Under the pieces are notes generated by a model. That model did not search any database. It was not told the origin of the DNA and worked only from the letters and a program-made list of their open reading frames with translations. 64,000 nt of DNA from Lepidodermella squamata. Taxonomy: Eukaryota; Animalia; Gastrotricha. The position numbers were made by a program, and so were the translations under genes. Where the stretch lies: NCBI GenBank assembly GCA_047495785.1, contig JBLDXI010000054.1, positions 4,092,001 through 4,156,000 on the forward strand, written 5' to 3'. Shown here in pieces: positions 12,961 through 26,082 of the stretch (position 1 is the stretch's first letter; each line of letters starts with the position of its first letter).

Positions 12961-14198
12961 TATATCAGACATCAGCTTCGGTAGCCGATAGCGTGTAATT
13001 ACCAGCTATTTGTTAGCTATGCTCCGTGATCCGATGTCCGCTGTCCTTAGAAGACGGAGTTGTAATCTCTTACGTCAGACAGGGTAGGCTACTGAAAATG
13101 AAGGCGCCAACAACGGGACCACAAAGTCAGCGCAGTGACTAGTCTGTCTAGAATTCAGAAGACTATATTGGCTGCACACCTCTTCGTCTATATGCCCATA
13201 ACTGGCTCCGACTGAGGATGACAACAGTGATTCAAATGTCGGTTCCTCTGAGCATTCCGATCGTAGGAGTATGGCCACTCCCGTTTCACGTCTATGCCCA
13301 TCGGCGGTGGCTGCGGGCGCATTCGTGTCAGAAGCTCGAAATCAAAAGTCGCATCAGCCAAATACTTCAAGCCAAAAAGCGTCGGGATATGAAGCACAGA
13401 GCACAGCTTATGTCAGCGTCGAGACCCCTGAAGACTAGTTGAAACGATTTTTGATGCCATCTGAGGTTACCTAGAGGATAGAATCTTTCCTTTCGCAGTC
13501 GTAAGTGTCTCTTGAGTCTTGAAACCTGCCCGTCGAGTCGAGCAGCGATTGCTTGGAAGCGATGAAGGCGGCCCGAAGAACCGGTGACTAAAATTTTTAG
13601 AAGTTGTTCTGTTTTCACCTCTATTCTCCAAAAAATGAATAAAATAATTAATCAATTGCAATACAAAATAAATTTTGGGTTGTTGAAAGATGAGTTGCTA
13701 GGTAACAGACGCGACATTCGCTTCCCGATAGCGCTTTGACCAGGCACCCAAACCTAAATATCGCGCATTAATGTCAATAGAATAGAATAAAAAATGCTCA
13801 TAAAGCGGCACCCTGTATATCTGCTCAGAATTCATGTGATCATAATGATCTACCTTACTTTTTGCAACAGAAACATTTTGTGTTCTCTTAATATATGATA
13901 CCTAATATAATAATGGTATAAATTATCCCATGAACCATAAACCATCCGTTGGACGGAAGACCGCATAAGTGCGAATCCAACTTGATGATGATTAATTGCC
14001 GATGATATGACATTCATTAATTTATATTTTACTGTTTCATCATCCTGTTAACTTCTCATCATTCTCAGCGTTCAGCTTATTCCAGCTTGGCAGTTCTATT
14101 TATCCCTATGTTTAGTGCGGTTTTGAGAATAATTCATTCTCTGAACTAATTATAATTGTTTTGCTTGTTTAAGAATCTATATAATTAACATTTTTTAA

Positions 14199-14776
14199 AT
14201 GGCTGCCACGGGCTTGAATGAGTTTTACGAGGCTCGCAGAAAGGAGAGTCGTTTCTGTGAAAGAGCAGCTGTAACCCAGTCTTGCTCCCTGCCATCGAAA
14301 CCTTGTGTAAGTGTTTGAAATTTTTCTGGGTTATTTATGATAACACCTGGTTAATAGTCGTCTTGTAACCAATGGGGATGTTGCTCCTCGTGTTCACGCT
14401 ACCAAGCTTATTCATATGGAACCCCTTATACCAACGCTTACAAAAAAGACAACTGCAAAACAGGAAGCGGAGATCGCAACATACATACGAGCGCCTCACC
14501 CTACCGAGGTTTCAATTGCGAACTGCACCCACAAAGGCGATCTGAGCGTATTCATGAATACGATCGGTAAATCTAACATAACAACCTTGCATAAACTAAA
14601 TTATTAATATATGCTTATTATTTGCTCGTCAAGATTGATGGCGGCAACAGAGCGGCCTACTACTCGTTATTTGACCGGCGTTCTGCCCAAAAGATTCAAT
14701 GTGAGATTAAATGAATGTTGAAGCCAGCTATTAATCGTTTAAATTTCAGAATAACGATTATGTTAGCCAGCATTAA
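14199..14776 (+). CDS. Small 4-exon orphan protein, 136 aa, not captured by the ORF track
   Basis: Exons 14199-14306, 14358-14566, 14634-14700, 14750-14776 are joined by 51, 67 and 49 nt GT-AG introns with consistent phases, giving MAATGLNEFYEARRKES...SSCNQWGCCSSCSRY...NNDYVSQH. Confidence 0.65.
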
Positions 14777-15160
14777 TTTCATACCCAAACGAGACGCGGC
14801 AATCCACTCTTTTTGTCACGTGGTTTCACAACGGACCGAGTGAACTATATTTTCTCCAATACAATCATTCTGACATTCCGCTTTTCAACTTATTTTGCCA
14901 TTTCACCATTCCATTTGGCGTGTTTTCAAACCATAATTACTGCTTTGGTGGTTTACATTTAAGGCTCTAAGCTTTATATCATCGAAAGACTATTTCAAAT
15001 GTGTTCCAAATTGTCTATGATAGTATTTTTTCACTGCGTTTCTCGCTCTTTCCTATTTTGTTGTTTGAAAATTAAATTTACGTTATATTTTGATCTTTTA
15101 GGTTCCACTGTAAATTATGAAAGTTACCAGTTGAATGGATTTTCGTGAAGACACCGTGCG

Positions 15161-17898
15161 ATGTCAATATCTGTCCCAGTGTCTTACCTTTTTAATCGCA
15201 ATGACAAATTCGAAGTCTTTCTGCGGCGTTGTCTAACACAAGAACAATTCGAACGCATCAGAGGCTACGAAAGATGCATAGTATGCGATGGTAAAAAGCT
15301 GAACCGGGCATTCTGTTACTACGTCATCTCAGACAAGTCGATTTTTATAACGGAGAATCCTGCAAAATCGATTCTTTCCAACATACCGCTAGCATCATTA
15401 ACGCAATGCGAAATAGTGCGTTTTCAAGCTCATATTTTTTGTGCGAATACACTTTTACTGTTTTAAATTAAGATCGACGATTATCCAGACTTTCTAGATG
15501 CGAATTTAACGACTTTAAGTACTCACGTGCGTCTGCGATATCTGAACCCCGAGTACGAAGCGAGTACAGTGGAACCGGAAGGCAAAGCGCGCCGCCGATC
15601 TCGTCAAAAACCGCCGGTTATTATCGCAGCATACATATATGGTCCAATCGTAATTGCTTTTTTATTTAAACCAGTCGGTAGAAAATGATTCGTCCGAAAG
15701 CGGAAAACGGCGTGTTGACGATAAAGCACGAGAAGACCAATACTCAACTGTCGAGCGTAAGTTGCGCACATTTTGCACCAGAAAGTAAATATTAGCTATA
15801 ATAACAACACAGGTGCGAAAACTGCTGATAACCAGACGAAAGAGACAGTCAGGTTCGCACTCTATGATGAAATTTGAAATTGAAAAATTATCCTCCTTCT
15901 ATATTACAGCGATTATGAAACCAAGGTGGTTCCTGGAGGTGGAATGAGATTCGTTAATGAGGAAGACGCAAAGCGTCGAGACAAACAAAAAGGGAAAAAC
16001 AAGAAAGCTGAGTACGAGTGTGTGTTGGATGTCCATTTCTTGACAAATATAACGCCGCTATGTCTTCTTACAAAAATAACATGGAACAACTGCTTGATCG
16101 TAAGAGATTGTGAACTGAGAAATCAACGGATATTGATGTAAGATACTTGATTTCCAGACAAACACGCTGGCAAAAGAAAAACTATTTGCCGAGTTGGTCG
16201 TTGATGGTAAAGAGAATCACGTGGAATTCGAAAAGTTTGTTTTTATCTGAATTGAGCGCGAGCATTTTATTTTTGCCAAATTTATTAGCATTCACTCGTT
16301 GCTTCAATACTTTGACCTCGCTATGAGACAGCTTGTTTCTTCTTCGAAAGTAGCAAATTTAAACGAATACGCCACAATGGCTGCGAAGGTAAGACAAATT
16401 AGCGAACGTAACTGGATCATAACAGCTGAAATTTTCCCGTTTCTGCAGTTTGCTAGCTACGCTCATCACTCCTACGCGTTGCGCAGAATGTTTTGGAAGA
16501 CGGCGGACAACGTTACAAAATTGGCCCAGTGCGCAGAAACATTCGCTAACGACATAGGCCTTGGAATCACTGTTTCGGAAAACCGCAACTTTCTGCAAAA
16601 TGCATGGCAGAAACAAGTCTACGAGCTGCGCATCGAGTGTCTTGCTTTGACCCTACATTTGTTATCAGTTTTTTTCAACGAGACGGAGATATTGAAAAAT
16701 CGAACTAGAATATTGGAGGAATCCAAGAGCAATATAATAATTCTTCTTATAAACACGCTATGCGACGCAGTGGCTTACACAACCCGTCGGCTATATCAGG
16801 ACAAGAATAGCAAAAGTGGAATACGTGACGTGCAGCTGCCTGAAAGTACTGTTCAGTTATTCGAGGAGCTATTAACGGCCAGTGCCGCTCTAACTTATGA
16901 AATAATTCTCTCTGCTCAAGCGGTGAGTTACACTATTATTAAATGTTTGTTGAAATTTGAGAATTCGGAATTGGTTAGACTGCTCATGAAAGTTTGAAGG
17001 CTCACAGGGTTGGTCATAGTTTGAAAATTTTGCCAACTTATTAAAAAGACTAACCAAGGCACAATTTTGATGTCACTTTTTAACACAATACTTTTAACAA
17101 TTGACTGCTAACAGATGACGAAAATGTTTCCATTCGCCAAGTTCCGAAAGGTTCATATTAGCTAACAATTAAGTGTTTCTTAGATATTATGTTGTATTCG
17201 TTTCCATTAGAATTTCCCCTTGTTTTTATGCTTTGCTTACTTAACTCCTGAATCTGCGTGATGTGATGTATTACCTAGCGTTGAATAATTTGTGATTTTT
17301 TTCCAGCTAGTGCACCCTTCGGAATCGGCTCATTTTTACAATGCTCGTTTTCTGGTGGAAATGTTCGAGAAGTCGCCTAGAGCGCTTGATGCTGTCTACG
17401 GCTTCGCGTATGACGCCATCACATCTGTCGCATACATTCCCGAGCCGACCAAGTTCCAGTTCAATTTAAACGACGCAGGCGAGGTGAACGCACTTGCGTC
17501 TCGTTTCAGAGACAGCGCCGATGCGAACAAGCTTCCTGTCGTTGCCGAGCAGCCGCACGAGCCAACGCTAATAAGTCCCGGCAGAGCTGTCCAAAGCTAT
17601 AGAGAATTTTACGTGCTCGACATTTTGACTTACAATAGCCCCGTCTTTCTGAATAGCTTGCGGCAAAAACTCACCGAGGAGTTCAAGTAAGCGCGATTTC
17701 TTCACTAGTGCGCAGCAGAAATTGATACAATTTGTTAATTACAGGTATTTTCTCAATGTCAAAACAGCTAATGTGCGCATTGGCTGTGATCAATACCCTA
17801 TTGGCGCCTCCCTGATGTTCTCAATAGAAACGGTGCGCAACCGCATTCTTCGCAAGCAGCCGCATGAAGAGTTCGTGAGCGAAACGCCGAAAGTATAG
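15161..17898 (+). CDS. C12orf56: C12orf56 (DUF4551) homolog, multi-exon
   Basis: RNDKFEVFLRR...IRGYERCIV...YVISDKSIFITENPAKSI...IDDYPDFL and C-terminal EEFKYF...YPI match the recalled termini of vertebrate C12orf56. Confidence 0.82.
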
Positions 17899-18433
17899 AA
17901 TGACAGAAATAATGATATCTTTCAGCGAGTTGTGTTATGCTCATGATCGTGAGTTGTGATAAAAGTATTATAGGGTCTACGAAGAGGATGAATTAATTTT
18001 TCTGATTTAATTTTATTGTGATTTAATGACTTTGTGCCTTACGACCTTTATTGCCATGACGAATTTCGATGTGATATTCTCAAATACTGTGGTTATTTAT
18101 TTTTCATCACAAAACTAATTTTATATTGGTTAATTATTATTTTCGATGGGAAGACATTTTATTTGTTCATTTTATTTATTTCTTACATTGTTACAATTCA
18201 CTCTATTCGGGAAAATAAATAAAATTGGCCGATATCTTTCTATAAAACATATGGTGTTTCTTGCTATAATATGAGAATCACGTCCCAGACATTAACCAGC
18301 CATCTCTGAATGGTTAATGGCCGCCTGATTCGTAAGCGTGCCATGTGAATCAAAATGATGAGAGGGCAGGTGTAGCTGAGAGCCTGGATTCAACTTCAAG
18401 CCAACTTGAGCCTTATTGCTATAATTTACTTCC

Positions 18434-20854
18434 ATGGCAAGAGAGAAGAATATTAAAATTGAATACGAGCTGCACGAAGTTGATGGTGCCAGCCAGATTC
18501 TGCTTGATGATATGTTACTGTGCACAAAGAAGCCAGAAAATCATGATCAGCCCGAACACACGACTTCTCCTACAAAGAAAACTCTTTTCTCGTCGTTGAT
18601 TTCTCGCTGGAACTCAGACGATAAGCTACAAAGTCAAGAAGCCCCTGCCTCGACTACGACTCCGCTTATGCAAAAAGCTTCCAGTCACGCTAATATATCA
18701 GCTTTCAATCACGAATTTACGAAGGAAAATCCTGCTTTGAAAGAGACCAATTCCAACGATGAGACGCTGGGAAAACATTCCATGGAAAAGGTGAGGCTTT
18801 GGGGAGTGACACTGTTTATCGCTAATAATTGCAAATGAATATCAGAAGAAGTCGAACCACACAGCACCTGACCCACGAAAAACTATAGATTTCGTTGAGG
18901 AGCAGACGCTTGCTTGTGTTTATCAGCAGATACCCGAGAGAGCTCTGTTTGCTAAAGGCAGCGGTGAGCTACACAACAGTCTATAGATTTTCCCATGAAT
19001 TAAGCTGGATTTTAAAGGCGCATTTGGTTATTTCCAACTAACAAGCGAGGTCCTGAAGCCTTTTTGCGACAACAGCCTGTTTGGATCTTCACCAAATAAA
19101 CGCGTGATTGCCTTCGCCCGATTCTCCAGCTGGAACGCTAGCCACGGAACTCCAGAAACACGTAAGTGGTTAAAGGAAGCTTCTCATTAATTTTTGACGC
19201 TACTCTATTTTCAGTTCGAGATGTGAAAGGTTTCTCGGTTAGATTTTTCACTGACGATGGCAATTTCGACCTTGTCGGAGTCAACATTCCTATCTTCTTC
19301 TTACGCAATCCATCACAGGTTTGAACTTGTGACTAACAAAATCACGAGTATTTTAAACGAGATTTCGCTAGTTTCCGGGCCTCGTGCGAAGTATGAAAAG
19401 ACACCCTGGAACGAACTTGAGAGATGCCAATTCAGTGTGGAGGTTTTTCGGCGAGAACCCCGAGACAATTCATGCGCTGTTGATGCTTTACTCCGAACGA
19501 GGATTGCCTGCAGGATACCGTTTTATGAATGGTTTCGGCACTCATGCTTACAAGCTGCTGAACAAAAAGGGGGAGTGCATATACGCAAAGTTTTCTTGGA
19601 AACCCAAATCGGGGGTGAAAAGCTTGACGCCGAGAGATGCAGATCGATTTGCGGCGCTCAATCCAGACTACTACAGCCGAGATCTTTGTGCAGCTGTGGT
19701 ATCTGATGACCCGCCAGAATGGGAGCTATATGTGCAAATGATGAAAATCGAAGAAGCGAAGATTTTACCATTCAGCCCCTTCGATCCAACCAAAGTATGG
19801 CCGCTAAGGTCTTTCCCGCGCCAAAAAGTGGGTGTGCTGACGCTGAATCGTAATCCGAGTGAGTTCGCACCCGTTTTTCAACTACCGAACTTGATGATTG
19901 TTATGCTTCGATATTCCAGGTGATTATTCCGCCGAGGTTGAACAAATTGCGTTCAATCCTGGAAATCTGATCCACGGCATTGAACCTTCGCCAGATCCCA
20001 TGTTTCAAGTGAAATGATTTCAGTTCTGAATTTCTGCTTGAACCTTTCTAATTCATAGGCGCGAACTTCTGTTTACTCCAAGTCAGCACTGTACAGAATC
20101 GGGCGTAATTTCAACGTATTCTCGTTGGATTTTTAGATTATCGTACTGAGACTAATTTGATTTTTAGCAAATTCAAGTGAACAGGGAAACGGATGTGTGC
20201 CGGATGAAATGTCGTACGTTTGAATCGAATCTTTTCATGTTTTTGAAATTCTCTTTCCAGGTGGACAGGTAGCGGGAGATTCCGTTGGGCTTAATATCAA
20301 GTTGACCAGTGCAGACGAAGAGGAACTGGCACGACAGTTCTACGAAGCCACCAATGACTGTAGCGATGAAAACATTTTCGGCCAACCGCGGCAGTTTTTG
20401 AATCACGTGCTCGACAACGAAGGTCGCAAAAGACTGAGCTGTAACATTGCTCGTGATTTGAAGGATGCAGCGGTAAGAATGAGAAATTTTTGAAACACTC
20501 TGAACAAACTCCGTGAATATCCACAACTAGACCGACGTACAATCGCGAGTGATCAAATTATTCGAAAAATTGGATGCTACTCTGGCGAAAAATATATCCG
20601 CTGACGTGGAGCGTTGGGGCACCGTAAAGGCTGGTCATGGTCCTGAGGACCTGCCGACATTGCTATCAGCCTATTTTCATTACGGTTACGATCAAATGAG
20701 CGTAGCCATGATAAACTCTCCCGCAGAGGAATCGGACAAGAGGATGACATCAGAGGGTTCACCGAAACGAGAAATCAAACCAAAGTCAACGTCGTCAGAT
20801 GCGAAGAGCAGCCCATCAAGCCGCAGGCTTAAAGACAACTGCCGAAATCAATAG
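18434..20854 (+). CDS. Catalase-fold protein with substituted active site, 10 exons, about 645 aa
   Basis: Exons 18434-18790, 18846-18963, 19018-19161, 19215-19318, 19372-19858, 19920-20008, 20059-20115, 20168-20213, 20261-20472, 20531-20854 splice in frame; motifs IPERxxxAKGSGAFGYF, [50 protein letters not shown]. Confidence 0.9.
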
Positions 20855-21752
20855 CATATTTTTTGTTCAGTTTTCGACATGATGGGCAATTCATCGTAAT
20901 TGCAATATATCCTTAATGAAAATCGAGTATTGGGACAAGCGTCTTTATCAAGCCTTCCACTTTCGAACGCACTGAGTACTATTGCAGCATGTAGTTTCTC
21001 TTTGTTTTTTGTTTTTATCGGGTTAAATTTTTGGAGCGCTACCATGCGCATAATTTGTGTATAATGAAAGGGAACACAATGTCTCCAGCACGATTAGGAA
21101 TTAGGAAACTCAGAAATTGTTGAAGCGGCGACGATTCTCTCCCTTATCCAAACAACTTTCCAGTACAGAATGAATCGAATACAGCATAATAAATATTTCG
21201 CCGACGTATAAGAATAGTGACAGTTTCACAGTCTCCGCCTCTTGATGAGAAAAGAAGACATCATGAGGGTTACACACAGCGTCAAGAAACTGTGGAGGAA
21301 TCTCGTGATGGTTATTATTTACTGGGCCGGTAGTCATTACGCATGTTGACACGCCCAGTGAGCGCGTCTTTCTGCCTCTCTATTTCTTACATTTTTGCCC
21401 GCGGCAGCGCATGCATGACCTGTGCTGCGGCAACGGCCCGTCAGCGGCCAGATCAAGTGGCAAAATGGAGCGGCCAACTTCACTGTTACCGTGTATGCAG
21501 TTTGCGGTTTGCGACCGGCGTGTTTGTGAAACGCTCGGTGTGATGTTCTCAGCTCTATCAATCAGCGCTGCCTCCACGAGAGCGCGCATCGCAAACACGG
21601 TGTCGCCACATGCCAGCGCCTGTGCGCTCGTGCAGATGCGCGCGGCGCGGCACAGTCCGCCGGCGATGGTGCACTTTGCAACTCGGCCAAGATCAACAAC
21701 TGCGGCCAGCCGGCCGGCCGGTGGTGGATGTTATTCATCCACCCTCTACACA

Positions 21753-21776
21753 ATGATGATGATGATGATGATGATG
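21753..21776 (+). repeat. (ATG)8 trinucleotide microsatellite
   Basis: Eight tandem ATG read directly from the sequence. Confidence 0.9.
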
Positions 21777-23289
21777 GCTATCTTCTGTTTACCTGCAACT
21801 GCTCAGCCTACGTAAGTGAGCTGTAAAAGGCAACTCTTCGCCGAAAACACGCGGCACTGATTTTTGACAATCATCCTCCGCCAAAGTTATCTCCAACCGA
21901 ATCACTCTGTGTCGCATTTCTCCTTTGCCCAATCATAGCTGGAGACTATTTTTTCATAAAATAGGTTCACAACATATTTGCATATTTTTTTACCAAGGTG
22001 CGAGCAATGTCAGCTTTGAATTTTGCCTCAACTTGTTGACTTCGTAGAAAAACGAATTAATTAACGTCAAATTTCTAGCCTCCCTCCACACGAACTGCGT
22101 TAGTATCAATTAGCTTTGCGAGTTAACCGGGTACGTTTTATGATTGAACCCAAAGAAAAGAAGATCCAGTAATTGTAAGGAATTATTTGCATATTTCGAA
22201 CTTTGGCATCATTTACGGAAGGCATGCGCAAGTGGGCTCTTCAGATGAGCCTCGACTGCTCTTGCGCCCATTTTAATTTGGCAAAGAACATGTCACTAGT
22301 GATATTATTGTTTACGGCATCGACGCGTGCTCCTAGCACTACTCGAGCGCGTAGTAGTAAGCTTTTGCGCTAATCGCCAGTCGTCATCGCCATATATGTG
22401 GCGTTTATTTTCCAAGTAAACACGCCAATTTTTTCTACGACCATCGATACAGCAAGAACGTAGAACGGCGACAAATTGCTTACGGAGGCCTGCATATAAT
22501 ATGCTCCTGCTATTGCATTTCTATACAAATAATGGGAGAGCTGGAGAGCGCCATGATCGCCATGCGTTATTCGGTGTTGCGCAGTCGGCCGCTGCGCCAT
22601 TCAACGCGCGCCTTGTTTGAGCGGGCGCTGGCCGACGCGTGTTTTTGGCCGCGATATCTTGAACAACAAGCGGTATTGTTGCAGCCGCAGTAACATCATC
22701 AGGTAGCAGCCGTCCGGCGCCGCCACCTGCATCCGCTTCGGACGTCATTAGGCACGCAGAAAAAAGCGACGCGAGACACGATGATGATGCGCTTTTTGCC
22801 GCCGGGCGGCGCTCGGACGCACCCGGCTGTGACGGCGCGTGTTTACGAGCGCAGCGCTTTTTCGCCGATTAGCCGTGCTGCCATGCGTCAACGTCTTTAG
22901 AGAAGCACCCGCCGTGGCAACTAATCGCAGGCCTAATGTTATTGCCATTTGCTGAGAATGCCTCGCAGGCGCGTCTTCTTCCCTCTTGTTGGTTATTGTT
23001 GTTTACTGCAGTAGCAGGCGATCATAGCGAAACGCAGATCAAACATATTATCACAAAAAACTTGACGACTATATCTTCGCTTCTGTCTCCGCAATTTTAG
23101 TTTGGAGAGGCTATAATTATAGAGCTAGCTGAAGTTTCAAGATGAGCCTAATCATCAAAGCCGAGATTAATGAATCACATTTGCGAGGCAGTGCCGTACC
23201 CTGGCTATCTTAAAATTTATTTGATTTCAGTGTTTAACCATTCACCTTAAATTTTGCTTTCTAGGTGACTTGATTATTTTTGCCGAAAA

Positions 23290-26051
23290 ATGTCGACGGT
23301 GACTAGTGTCATCGCATCGGCGCCACCCATCAGCCATATTCTTGGCGACGACGTGGCGCTGAGCGTTGGCGAGGAGGCTTCGTCGTCGTCGTTTTCGGAC
23401 GATGGCACCGCATCGCACGCTTCCCCGCGCGCAGATGATTGCTACGATGACCTGGTCATCATCGAACAGGACACGCCGCCTACGTCACGCTCGTCCGCGT
23501 CATCGTCCCCGCCAGTCGACCAACAACAGCAAGTAAAACCGCAGATTTCTCATCCTCTCGATACACCGCCGACTGACAGCACAGACGTCGAACACTGTCC
23601 GAGTCAACAGCCTCCACTTTCAATCGTGAATAACGGGTCAACGGGGTGCTTGATCGCAGTACAGCAGCGCCCGTTACACCAGTCGTCTTCAAGTTCTGCG
23701 TCATCCAAGTCAAATTCAACGTCAAATATTGCAAATGCAGTTCGAGCTGAGCCGTTAATTCCCTCGCCCAGCCATCCTGTAGTATACGAACACTACGTCA
23801 CCGCGCCGTCATTTCGCGGTGACGACGGCACAAGTTCACGTGCATCGGCAACTCCAAACAGAATCTCGCGGCTGCGGCACGGTTTTATGAAAATGCTGAA
23901 GCGCCGGTCGCGTTCGGGTGATCGGGTCGACGACCGCGACGAAGCCGAAGCTGTGATTACAGCATACGATGAGACCGGACATGCACAGCTGCACCGGCTG
24001 CGCGAACAGTCGGCCGAACGAACGACGCCGCGCTACGCCGATCACGGCTTCCGAGCCATCAAGGCGATTACCAGCGCTCTATCCGCATCGTCCCTTCACT
24101 ACTGCAGTGGGCGACAGAGCACGGCTGTCAGCAATCGAGCAGCGAAAGCTACCGTTGTTGAACAGGCTTCATCTCAGCAGCAATACGAAGAATTGCCGCC
24201 TGGTGCTATTCGGGAGAATATCGGCGGTGATACGAGCTCAATCTGCAGCCAGGCTCAACCTTACTCGAATTTAGGGAATTCGTTCAAGGCTGTTGGAAAT
24301 CGGCTATTTCGCCGGCGCAGCAGCGGCGCCATCGCCAGATCCAAGGCGCCCAATGCCACTGACAAGCAGCAGTCACAACTGGTGCTCATCACTGGCGGTT
24401 CGCCGCCCTCAATTCCGCTGCCGAGTCCACCAGTCCAGACTTCTGTAAAGACTAGGGAAAGTATTTATGCGCCAAAGGCGGGAGATAACTACGAGAACTG
24501 CGACGACCCTCCATCGCTGTCACCGAGCAATGGAGACTACGACCCATTGATTTCCTTTGTTGAAATCACACCCTATCGGCCGATGCTAGGACCCGTAAAT
24601 GGCAACTCGGCGGCAACGCGCCATCCTCGCCAGATTCGCCAGCTAACTCAGAACACATGTAAATTTTAATCTGTTTTCACGTTTTTGCGCCTATAAGTAT
24701 AATTTCGGCGTTTATTGAATAATTTTGTGTTTTTGCAGTGTTAGAGCAAAACGTGATCACCGCATCTTTGCCTGAAATTACATCGCCACGACTTAAAGCT
24801 GCTGAGGCTATAATGCATTCAAACGATCACACGACGGCAGTTAGCTCGGTGGCTGTCAATGAGCAGCGCCACGCTGTCGCCGCCAACGCCGCCGACACCA
24901 GTTACTACTACGCTGTTCCTGATTCGAGTAATAACAACCAACAACGCGCGAATGGCCAAAAGTTGGCTACAGCCGTCATCCCGGCTTTGGGCGTCGACAG
25001 CCGGCTTCTCGACGACGACTACGACGACGACGCTTTCCACCGCGAATTCTCGCTCGCTCTCTCGATACTGCACATACAGAGCCAAGAATTGGAAAAAGGT
25101 ATTAAAATAATGCTATGATGCTCGCGTCGGTTATTTCTCGCGACCGCTACCGTATTAAATGAGCAATTTTTAATTAATTCAATTAACACGGCGCGTTGAT
25201 CCTCACCATCATCATTGCTATATGTTGCAATGCTTCCGTTTTGCTCAAACCACTCAGTATAGAACTACTGAATGAAGCAAGTTTTTGTTGATTTTTCCCA
25301 GCTAATAACTGCTCATCGAGTGCTGCAGCCTACAGCCTGTCTGTCTTTCCGTCGCCGATCGAACGCGCCGGTTCGGCCTTCACGACCCACAGCAGTTTTG
25401 GTATGGCCCCGACTAAGCCACCTCGCAACAACACGCCGACATCGCCTCGCCCCGCAGACGCCAAGCCACCCCTTCCGCCGGCAGCCTTGAAGCCTGTGGT
25501 TCCAAGGCCGTTAGGAGCTCCGCCTTTGGTAACTCAATCGTTCGAACAAACGTTGGCGGCTTGTGAGTCGGCGCTCGTGCCTCGTCTTCGCCTCGAGGCC
25601 GCCTTTATCAACCGCTTGGTGACGGACAACGTTGTTTCGGAAGAGTTTGCCCGAGCTTTGCTGCAACTAACTGACCGCGTTTCGACACGCACGGCATTGC
25701 TACGCGAAATCGCCGGCAACTGTCTCAGTGCTACGACATCGGTCAACGATGACAAACTGCATGCGTTAAGCTCAGCTTTCAAGTGAGTTATATAGCCAGA
25801 ATTCCAATTCCTTTTCCTAATTCGCCTTCCTTAATTTAGACGTGAACTGGGAGATAACGACACTGCCATGCTACTGTCTTCCGTGTATACAATTTTTAAG
25901 CTAGTGAATCAATTGTCGGACCATTTCCGGGCGAGTCGCTTGAATGGCGGCGCTGCTAACGCTGACAGCTGTCACCATTTGCTGTTCGAATCCGAGAAGA
26001 GCTTGCTCGTGGAGGTTGTAGAAAATAACAATGCCCAAGCCCAGGCAGTCA

Positions 26052-26082
<31 letters not shown>

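Noticed and set aside
13075-13661. Cluster of short ORFs upstream of MGAT4
   Set aside because: No recognisable protein; likely a non-coding 5' exon and divergent promoter.
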